A stretch of DNA of 64,000 nt, taken from assembly GCA_964575425.1 (NCBI GenBank), contig CAZNRD010000002.1, positions 1,951 through 65,950 on the forward strand, given 5' to 3'. Position numbers and translations under genes: made by a program. The stretch is from an uncultured Anaerolineaceae bacterium. Its GTDB lineage: Bacteria; Chloroflexota; Anaerolineae; Anaerolineales; E44-bin32. Each line of letters begins with the position of its first letter. Positions within the stretch are counted from its first letter, which is position 1. Under the pieces are notes generated by a model that saw only the letters and a program-made list of their open reading frames with translations, had not been told where the DNA came from and ran no database searches. Positions 57,312-64,000 of the stretch are shown one piece after another.

Positions 57312-58369
57312 ACCTCGACGACCTCAACCGTTTCCGGGAGCTGGATGCCGCGGATATGCTGGGCCAAATCGACCGGCTGCCGGAACAACTAGCGCAGGCC
57401 TGGCAGCAAGGACAGTCCCTGCCGCTGCCAGACTGGAGGGGAATCGAGCGCGTCGTGATCTGCGGCATGGGGGGATCAGCCATCGGGGGAGACCTGCTGG
57501 CTTCATATGCTGCGCCGCTGGCGTCGGCCCCGCTCTTGGTGTGGCGCAACTATGGCCTTTCGGGCTTTGCCACGGGAACGGAGACGTTGGTGGTCGCCTC
57601 GAGTCATTCGGGGAACACGGAAGAGGTGCTTTCGGCTTTCGATGAGGCGGTGCAGCGAGGCGTGCGGCTGCTGGCGGTGTCGCGCGGCGGCGCACTGGGG
57701 AGCCGCGCGCAGGCGGTTGGAATTCCTTGGTGGCGCTTTGAGCACGACGGTCAGCCGCGCGCCGCAGTGGGGTTCTCGTTTGGCCTCCTGCTTGCGCTGC
57801 TGGCGCGCCTGAGGCTGATCCCTGATCCGGCTGCCGAACTCGAGGCGGCCGTTCGCGAGATGCGACAGCAGCAGTCGGCGCTAACCGCTCACATTCCGGC
57901 AGTGAACAATCCAGCAAAGCGTCTGGCCGGACAGCTGGTGGATCGTTGGGTGACGGTCCTGGGTGCCGATCATCTGGCGCCGGTGGCCCGGCGCTGGCGC
58001 ACGCAGATCAGCGAGATCGCCAAGGCTGTGGGCCAGTGTGAGGAGCTGCCCGAAGCGGACCACAACCTCGTCGCCGGCGTGCTCAATCCAGCGAGTGTGG
58101 TAACCCGGACGAAGGTCGTCTTCCTGTCCGGGAGCGGCTGTCACCCGCGCAACTGTCTGCGCGTCGAGGCCACGCGCCAGGTGCTAATGGTGGAAGGCTT
58201 CGACACGGATGTGGTCGAGGCGCGAGGGCTGGGACGCTTGACGCAGCAGTGGACGGCGCTGCACTTCGGTGACTATACTGCCTACTACCTGGCTATGGCC
58301 TACGGCGTGGACCCGACGCCTGTGGAGGCAATTGATGGCCTCAAAGGGAGGCTTGCAGGTGGAAGCTAG
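57308..58369 (+). CDS. Bifunctional phosphoglucose/phosphomannose isomerase (SIS domains)
   Basis: The ATG overlaps the rsmI stop (ATGA). VVICGMGGSAIGGDLL and ASSHSGNTEE, with a 353-aa PGI/PMI-type layout. Confidence 0.8.
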   Translation: MNLDDLNRFRELDAADMLGQIDRLPEQLAQAWQQGQSLPLPDWRGIERVVICGMGGSAIGGDLLASYAAPLASAPLLVWRNYGLSGFATGTETLVVASSHSGNTEEVLSAFDEAVQRGVRLLAVSRGGALGSRAQAVGIPWWRFEHDGQPRAAVGFSFGLLLALLARLRLIPDPAAELEAAVREMRQQQSALTAHIPAVNNPAKRLAGQLVDRWVTVLGADHLAPVARRWRTQISEIAKAVGQCEELPEADHNLVAGVLNPASVVTRTKVVFLSGSGCHPRNCLRVEATRQVLMVEGFDTDVVEARGLGRLTQQWTALHFGDYTAYYLAMAYGVDPTPVEAIDGLKGRLAGGS

Positions 58370-58872
58370 GGGACATAGGGCGGAAGCCCGAGGACGCGGA
58401 AGCTGCCGCCCACCCGCTGCACGACGAAGGCGAAATCCGTCTGCCGTTGGCCCGTATCGGGCTCGCCGCAGCATGGGCCGATGGTGAACAGCGCCCCGTC
58501 CTCGCCTGAGAACTGAACGACAAATTGCATCTCGTCTTGCGACACGGCTTGGCGTGAGACCACCGACCGCACCCGCAGGCACTGTCCCCCATTCTGCGTG
58601 CACCATCGCTCGAACAACCTGGCATGGTCCTGCGGATCTACGTCCGGATTGCTATCGAGCAGAACCCCGTAGGATCCGGCGTAGAGCGCGGCGGCGTTGG
58701 CGTAACGGCCCTCATGCAGGGCGGCGAAGTAGGCCGTGAGGGTGGACTCGGCTTCGGCAGCCCAGCTCGCGTCAGTGGGCTCCCCGGCCGTTGGCCTGGC
58801 GAGGCCGCAGGCCGCTGCCAGGGCGGCAGCGATTGTGACGATCCCGAGAAGTAGACCTCGCACGCAACGCAT
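58366..58872 (-). CDS. Putative secreted lipoprotein, unknown function
   Basis: 168 aa. Signal peptide with lipobox LAAAC. Several Cys residues (WCTQNGGQC, GPCCG). No family recognised. Confidence 0.5.
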   Translation of the reverse strand: MRCVRGLLLGIVTIAAALAAACGLARPTAGEPTDASWAAEAESTLTAYFAALHEGRYANAAALYAGSYGVLLDSNPDVDPQDHARLFERWCTQNGGQCLRVRSVVSRQAVSQDEMQFVVQFSGEDGALFTIGPCCGEPDTGQRQTDFAFVVQRVGGSFRVLGLPPYVP

Positions 58873-58967
58873 CCATCGGCCTCCGCGATCCGGGGACTGC
58901 CCGGGAAATTGTAAAGGAGACCCGCGGGCTAGGCAAGAAGATCGTCGGTGACGCTGGGACGGGTATA

Positions 58968-60398
58968 ATGCCGGCGAGGTTTGCCGCTGTGAGGCGTGCT
59001 TGGTTTTTTGTCCTGGCTGGGCTTGGCGTGTTCACGGGCCTGACCCTGGCGGCCATTGGCGGTACGCCTCGGGTGACGGGTTTCTCTCCCTCGGCGCAGG
59101 GCGTGGCTGTGTCGGGGCTGAGCCGAGTGGCAATTACCTTCAGCACGCCAATGGATCCCCGCTCGGTGGAGTCGCAGCTGACCATCGAGCCGCCGACTGC
59201 CGGTCGCATGACCTGGGAGGGGAACACATTGGTTTTCCTGCCGCAGGAGCCCTGGCCTGCTGGGACGGTGGTGAGGGTGCGCCTGAGCGCCGGCGCGCTC
59301 TCAGTGCGCCGCCTGCCGCTCCTTCGCGCGCACGAGTGGTCGTTCGCCACAAGCGGACCGCGGGTGGCGTATCTGTGGCCCGCGGGAAGCCCGGCTCAAG
59401 TCTACGCGCGCGCCGCAGTGGGTGCGGAAAGCATCCCGTTGACGGACTCGCCGCTCGGCGTCTACGACTTCGCGGTGGCTCTCAATGGTCAGGCGCTGGT
59501 CTATGCCGCGGAGCGCGAGGATGGGGGCACGGATATCTGGCTGCACGAGATGCGGGCCGGTCCGCCTCGCATGCTGTATGCATGTGGCTCTGGTCTCCGA
59601 TGCCGCGCGCCGCGGCTCTCTGCCGATGGGTCCTTCCTGGCTTTTGAGCAATTCGCGTTGATGGCAGGAAGCGTCGCGGGCATGCTGCCAGGACCAACGC
59701 GTGTGTGGGTTCTCGATGTCCGGCAGGGGGGTAAGGAGCCCTACCCAATCGGTCTCGAGGGTCGTGTCACCTCAGCACCTTCGTGGTCGTCTCAGGGGCT
59801 TCTGGTCTACTACGACAGCACACTCCGAGCCTTTGTGCTCGTGGATCCCGCCCAGGGCCCCGAGCCGCCTCCTTATCGCTACTTTCCCAGTGAGGTCGGC
59901 GGCAGCGCTGTCTGGTCCCCCGATGGCGCCTACTTGGTCTACCCGGACATGGTCTTCCCCGTCTCGGACTTCGTCGGGGAGTCCGAGACGAGCCCGGCGC
60001 TCTTCTACAGTCACCTCTTTCACGCCGCGGTCGCGACCGGTGCCGTGGAAGACCTGTGGCGGGGAGGCACGGACATGGTGGAAGACGCTTCGCCGGCCAT
60101 CTCGCCAGATGGCTCGTGGATCGCCTTTGCCCGCAAGTACCTCGAGGCCGATCGCTGGACGCTTGGACGGCAGCTGTGGCTGATGCACTCAGATGGGTCG
60201 GGGGCCCATGCCTTGAGCGATGACCCCGACTTCCACCATTCGGCGCTGGCCTGGAGCCCGGACTCGGAGTGGCTCGCCTACATGCGCTTCAATGAAGCGA
60301 CGCCGACCGAGGCCGCGGAAATCTGGCTCATCCGGCGGAATGGTGAAGGGAAGACCAGGCTCGCCGTCGGAGGTTATCTCCCCCAGTGGATCCCGTAA
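58968..60398 (+). CDS. Membrane-anchored protein with an SbsA-type Ig-like domain and a TolB-like (PD40) beta-propeller
   Basis: N-terminal TM. VTGFSPSAQG...ITFSTPMDPRSV...TWEGNTLVF (Ig-like). Repeated SADGSFLAF / SPDGAYLVY / SPDGSWIAF / SPDSEWLAY propeller blades. The true start may be the GTG at 58989, because the ATG at 58968 lies inside a TATAAT box. Confidence 0.6.
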   Translation: MPARFAAVRRAWFFVLAGLGVFTGLTLAAIGGTPRVTGFSPSAQGVAVSGLSRVAITFSTPMDPRSVESQLTIEPPTAGRMTWEGNTLVFLPQEPWPAGTVVRVRLSAGALSVRRLPLLRAHEWSFATSGPRVAYLWPAGSPAQVYARAAVGAESIPLTDSPLGVYDFAVALNGQALVYAAEREDGGTDIWLHEMRAGPPRMLYACGSGLRCRAPRLSADGSFLAFEQFALMAGSVAGMLPGPTRVWVLDVRQGGKEPYPIGLEGRVTSAPSWSSQGLLVYYDSTLRAFVLVDPAQGPEPPPYRYFPSEVGGSAVWSPDGAYLVYPDMVFPVSDFVGESETSPALFYSHLFHAAVATGAVEDLWRGGTDMVEDASPAISPDGSWIAFARKYLEADRWTLGRQLWLMHSDGSGAHALSDDPDFHHSALAWSPDSEWLAYMRFNEATPTEAAEIWLIRRNGEGKTRLAVGGYLPQWIP

Positions 60399-60901
60399 GC
60401 CTCTTGGAAGAACCGGCGCCTGGGTTTGACCTGCCCGATAGCGGCGGATCGATTCACGCCCTTGGCGAGAGCCGCGGCCGGGTGATGGTCCTGTGCTTCT
60501 GGTCGGCGGAGTGTCCGTGGGTGGCTCGCGCCGATGAGGTGTTGGCGCGTCTCACTCCAGGCTGGGGGGAGCGTGTGAGGGTGTGGCGCATCGCTTCGAA
60601 CGCAGACGAGCCGGCTGAGTTGCTGGCGCGTGTGGCGGAGGCGCGCCATCTTCCCGTTGTCTTGCGAGACGAGGGGCATTGTGTGGCGGACCTCTACCGT
60701 GTCGAAGTGACCCCGCACTTCTTCGTGCTTGATGGAGAAGGGGTGGTTCGCTACAGCGGTGCCCTGGATGATGTCACGTTCCGGGAGAAGGCGCCCAGGC
60801 GTGCGTATCTAGAGCATGCGGTGGCCGCCGTTTTGGCCGGCCGGAGGCCGGAGCCGGCCTCCACGCCCGCCTACGGCTGTGCCTTGATGAGGCAAGTCTA
60901 G
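60386..60901 (+). CDS. Thioredoxin-fold redoxin (AhpC/TSA-TlpA-like), monothiol variant
   Basis: APGFDLPD...GRVMVLCFWSAECPWV...TPHFFVLDGEGVVRYSG. Only the first Cys of the CxxC is present. The GTG start overlaps the upstream gene by 13 nt. Confidence 0.65.
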   Translation: MDPVSLLEEPAPGFDLPDSGGSIHALGESRGRVMVLCFWSAECPWVARADEVLARLTPGWGERVRVWRIASNADEPAELLARVAEARHLPVVLRDEGHCVADLYRVEVTPHFFVLDGEGVVRYSGALDDVTFREKAPRRAYLEHAVAAVLAGRRPEPASTPAYGCALMRQV

Positions 60902-60928
60902 CCCAAGGCGTCCGCAGCTCGCCTTGGG
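60902..60928 (+). terminator. Hairpin immediately after the redoxin stop
   Basis: CCCAAGGCG (60902-60910) pairs perfectly with CGCCTTGGG (60920-60928). No U-tract. Confidence 0.4.
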
Positions 60929-61078
60929 CCTGGGGAGCGCAAGGGTGGCAGCGCACGCCTCGTCCTGTGTCGCTGCTGTCGCCTTGAGCAGGGCAAGAGG
61001 GGGATTTGCCTGTGCAGGGGGGCTCCTCGGCACCGTGGGTCCCAAGATGGCGAACAAGGCCGGACGGCGGAGGCAGCC

Positions 61079-62239
61079 TCAGCACTGCAGCGGGTAGCGG
61101 CCGAATTCCTCGACTGCATCGCACATGGCTAGGACATTCTCGGGCGGGACGTCGTTCATGGTGGAATGCACCGAAGCCACCATGTATCCCCCGCCGGGGC
61201 CGAGCAGCCCGATGACGCGGCGAACCTCCTGGCGCACTTGGTCCGGCGTACCCCGGGGGAGGATGTGCTGGGTGTCGACGGCGCCGCAGAAGGACAGGTT
61301 CTTGCCGTAGCGCCGCTTCAACGCCGCCAGGTCGGACATTTTTCCCGCGGAGGTCTGGATCGGGTTGAGGATGTCGACTCCGATCTCCACCAAGTCGTCG
61401 AGCAAGGGGAAAACGTCGCCGTCGCTGTGGAAGAAGATCCTGGCGTGGGTGTGGGCCTTGAGGAAGGCGAACCACTCGGCGTGGATGGGCTTGAGGATCT
61501 GGCGGTACATCCGGGGCGACATGAGCAGGCTGTCCTGGGTGCCGAGATCGTCGGCGATCACGACGACATCCACGTTCTCGCCCAGGGCAGCAAGGAAGTG
61601 GCTCATGTGGCGCTTGCACAGGTCGGCGATCTTTTCCAGCAGCGCTCGGGCGAAATCGGGATGGGCGGCGAGGTTCATCAGGAAGACATCCATTCCCTGC
61701 AGTTGACAGGCTCGCTCCAGTGGCGAGAGGAGCCACGGCGAGGCGAAGATGGCGAAGTGGTTCTCGGCGGCCAGAGCAGCGGCCTGCTGGGCGATGTGGG
61801 CGTAGCGCGTGGGATCGTCCATGTCGGGCCAGTTGGCGTAGTTCTCGAGGGCCTCCAGTGCCTCGGCCTCGCGCAGCGGATGGATGCTGGGCATGTATTC
61901 CCCCGGAGCCAGCTCCTCCTGGCCCACTCCCCAGTCGTCCACGTAGGGTGTTCCTGGCGGGCGGCTGCGGTTGCGGGCGTAGGTCCTGGCCGGAAAGCGG
62001 TCCTGTATGCCACGGCCGTCGCTGCGCAAACGGAGGAGGATGGCCTCGTCGGGAAGGGCGGCGCCGAGCTCGGGCCAGTCGTAGAGATAGCGGTCCCAGG
62101 CCTGGAAGCCCAGCAGGTCTTTGAGGCGGCGGTAGGCGCCCATCATGATGCCGGTCGTCAGATCGACGCCGACGATCAGGGGGACGCGATCCGGCTCCTC
62201 ATGATTGAGGGTGGTCAGAACCCGCTCACGCGGCGTCAT
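61079..62239 (-). CDS. Uroporphyrinogen decarboxylase (URO-D) family protein (MtaA/CmuA-like)
   Basis: 386 aa from the ATG at 62239. MTPRERVLTTLNHEEPDRVP, DDLGTQDSLLMSP, FFHSDGDV and ILNPIQ. The upstream 36 codons of the ORF are not family-like. Confidence 0.8.
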   Translation of the reverse strand: MTPRERVLTTLNHEEPDRVPLIVGVDLTTGIMMGAYRRLKDLLGFQAWDRYLYDWPELGAALPDEAILLRLRSDGRGIQDRFPARTYARNRSRPPGTPYVDDWGVGQEELAPGEYMPSIHPLREAEALEALENYANWPDMDDPTRYAHIAQQAAALAAENHFAIFASPWLLSPLERACQLQGMDVFLMNLAAHPDFARALLEKIADLCKRHMSHFLAALGENVDVVVIADDLGTQDSLLMSPRMYRQILKPIHAEWFAFLKAHTHARIFFHSDGDVFPLLDDLVEIGVDILNPIQTSAGKMSDLAALKRRYGKNLSFCGAVDTQHILPRGTPDQVRQEVRRVIGLLGPGGGYMVASVHSTMNDVPPENVLAMCDAVEEFGRYPLQC

Positions 62240-62371
62240 CGGGGGCACCCGCACCTCCGCATCGAGGAGATGATAGCATGCGAGGTGGTTGGTCTGGGCA
62301 GATGCTTCGCTGGCTGGCCGGGTGAGGAGGCTCTTATGCTGCGGCAACGAGATCCTTCGGCCCTGTGGGGC

Positions 62372-62917
62372 TCACGAGGACTTGGCGTCCGCGTTAGCCC
62401 GAGGCGGAGGAACCTCTTCCGGTGGCGCTGCGGGGTCCGGGCGGGTTTGAGCCTTTTCCCTGAAATCCCCAATCTCCGGCCTGAGGGCGCGCACCATGTC
62501 CTCGCAGTGCAGGATCACCCCTGCGTTGTGGATGCCTGCGCTGATGGACACCCAATCGTGCTGGAGCAGGCTCTCATCGGCCAGCAGCCGCAGAGGGCGC
62601 GGCAGGCCGAAGGGGGAGACCGCACCGGGCAGGTAACCGGTAACCCCGCGCACCTCTTCCGGTGTGGCCGTCGTCAGGCGGTTGACGCCCAGGAAGCGGC
62701 GCAGCCTGGGCCAGGAGGCCTTCGCCCGGCCCGGCATCAGGAGCAGAGCAAAGGAGCCGTCCGGCAGGTGGAAGAGTAGGGAGCGAACAATCTGTTCCGG
62801 CCGCAGGCCGCGCTCGGCTGCCGCCTGCTCCAACGAGTGGACTGGCTGGGCATGGAGGTGCAGCCGGTAATGGATGCCCAGCTCATCGAGAACCCGGGTG
62901 ACGGGAGTCTGAGACAT
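62372..62917 (-). CDS. YbaK/EbsC-type aminoacyl-tRNA deacylase domain protein with a Pro/Ala-rich tail
   Basis: VRSLLFHLPDGSFALLLMPG, VTGYLPGAVSPFG and SISAGIHNAGV. Confidence 0.85.
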   Translation of the reverse strand: MSQTPVTRVLDELGIHYRLHLHAQPVHSLEQAAAERGLRPEQIVRSLLFHLPDGSFALLLMPGRAKASWPRLRRFLGVNRLTTATPEEVRGVTGYLPGAVSPFGLPRPLRLLADESLLQHDWVSISAGIHNAGVILHCEDMVRALRPEIGDFREKAQTRPDPAAPPEEVPPPRANADAKSS

Positions 62918-62964
62918 CAGCCTATTCTATCGCGTTCCACACCCGGCCCAGCCCAGGCGTCGTG

Positions 62965-62973
62965 TGCTATAAT
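62965..62973 (+). promoter_or_regulatory. Extended -10 promoter candidate (TGCTATAAT) upstream of panB
   Basis: Lies about 150 nt upstream of the panB ATG, divergent from the ybaK-like gene. Confidence 0.35.
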
Positions 62974-63123
62974 CCAAACTGCCGCTTGGATCGGGCGCCG
63001 ACCGAGACGGCAGGATGAGAGTTGGCCATCCCGCCGGAGTTGCGCCGGCACCTAGCGCCCGCCGAACGGAGGCGGGCGCTCGCATCCTCACCAGGGGCAT
63101 CTCACTCGAGGGAGGAGATAGCC

Positions 63124-64000
63124 ATGGCCACCCCGCTTTCCCCGACGGACCGCAAGAAGGTCACCACGCCAAACCTAAGGCAGAAGAAGGCGCGCGGAGA
63201 GCCGATCACCATGCTCACCGCCTACGACTATGCCACGGCCCAGGCGGTCGACCGGGCGGGCTTTGATGTCATCCTTGTCGGTGACTCGCTGGGGATGGTG
63301 GTCCTGGGCTACGCCAACACGCTGCCAGTGACGATGGAGGAGATGCTTCACCACTGCCGCGCAGTGGCGCGTGGCGCGCGCTTTGCCCTGCTGGTGGGCG
63401 ACATGCCGTTCCTTTCCTATCAGGTCTCCGTGCCCGAGGCCGTGCGCAACGCCGGGCGTTTTCTGCAGGAAGGAGGCATGGAGGCGGTCAAGCTGGAGGG
63501 CGGGCGCGAGCGCCTGGAAGCGGTGAGGGCCATCGTTGAGGCAGGGATCCCGGTGATGGGCCACCTGGGGCTGACGCCGCAGTCGGTCCATCACTTCGGT
63601 GGCTTCCGCGCCCAGGGGACGAATGCGGAGGCGGCCCGGCGCGTGCTCGAGGAGGCGCGCTTGCTGCAGGAGGCTGGCTGCTTCTCGCTTGTCCTGGAGT
63701 CCGTGCCCGGGCGGCTGGCCAAGGCGGTTTCGGACCGGCTGGAAATTCCAACCATCGGGATCGGAGCCGGGCCCGGCTGCGACGGCCAGGTGTTGGTCAC
63801 GCACGACCTGCTCGGGCTGTTCGACCGGTTCACGCCGCGCTTTGCCCGCAAGTATGCCGACCTGAACGGGGAGATGGCCCGCGCCCTTGCTGCCTTCAAG
63901 GAGGACGTCGAACAGAGGCGCTTCCCGACCGAAGAGCACACCATCGGCATGCCCGATGACGAGTGGCGGCAATTCGAAGAGACACTGGGTTCATCAGCCA
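63124..64000 (+). CDS. panB: 3-methyl-2-oxobutanoate hydroxymethyltransferase (partial, runs off the window)
   Basis: ATG follows GAGGGAGGAG. ITMLTAYDYATAQAVDRAGFDVILVGDSLGMVVLGY, VKLEGG, MGHLGLTPQS and IGIGAG. No stop before position 64000. Confidence 0.9.
   Translation, partial: MATPLSPTDRKKVTTPNLRQKKARGEPITMLTAYDYATAQAVDRAGFDVILVGDSLGMVVLGYANTLPVTMEEMLHHCRAVARGARFALLVGDMPFLSYQVSVPEAVRNAGRFLQEGGMEAVKLEGGRERLEAVRAIVEAGIPVMGHLGLTPQSVHHFGGFRAQGTNAEAARRVLEEARLLQEAGCFSLVLESVPGRLAKAVSDRLEIPTIGIGAGPGCDGQVLVTHDLLGLFDRFTPRFARKYADLNGEMARALAAFKEDVEQRRFPTEEHTIGMPDDEWRQFEETLGSSA

Noticed and set aside
61166-62779. 537-aa plus-strand ORF opposite the URO-D-family and YbaK-like genes
   Set aside because: It is antisense to two recognisable genes, with the composition typical of a GC-rich shadow ORF. 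The same reasoning applies to 53936-55384, 39836-40831, 40605-41951, 42409-43470, 44083-45012, 48493-49602 and 63175-63972.

Overview
This is a GC-rich (by eye about two-thirds G+C), gene-dense bacterial chromosomal segment with roughly 62 protein-coding genes. I could not recognise any rRNA, tRNA, CRISPR array, transposase, integrase or phage genes. The DnaK sequence and overall gene content look Chloroflexota-like, but that is inference and needs a database search.

Most of the window is housekeeping: dnaK, uvrA, murJ, corA, xseA/xseB, coaBC, rsmI, ilvE, glgC, panB (runs off the 3' edge), a thiolase, a cold-shock protein, and a peptide-type ABC transporter with divergently arranged ATPases.

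Two regions look accessory or unusual:
- 11-7601: a PTS EIIB/EIIA sugar cluster holding two GH4 glycosidase paralogs that flank a DegT-type aminotransferase, plus a frameshifted sugar kinase.
- 34263-37795, minus strand: a co-directional thiol/oxidative-stress island. It contains a Trx-VKOR fusion, an ECF sigma factor, an RsrA-like ZAS anti-sigma factor, a DUF2892 protein, a thioredoxin, a Fur/PerR remnant and a Dps-like ferritin. The thioredoxin and Fur genes appear fused out of frame.

Four genes are disrupted: two 1-nt indels at G/C homopolymers, one in-frame TAG, and one apparent deletion. This could be consensus error or real gene decay, and only raw reads can decide.

Recurrent TGn-TATAAT-type promoters sit directly on several start codons, which suggests leaderless mRNAs. 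The many long ORFs antisense to real genes are treated as high-GC artefacts. I found no clear-cut novel system (defence, mobile or RNA-guided); the redox island and the GH4/aminotransferase cluster are the best candidates for new biology.
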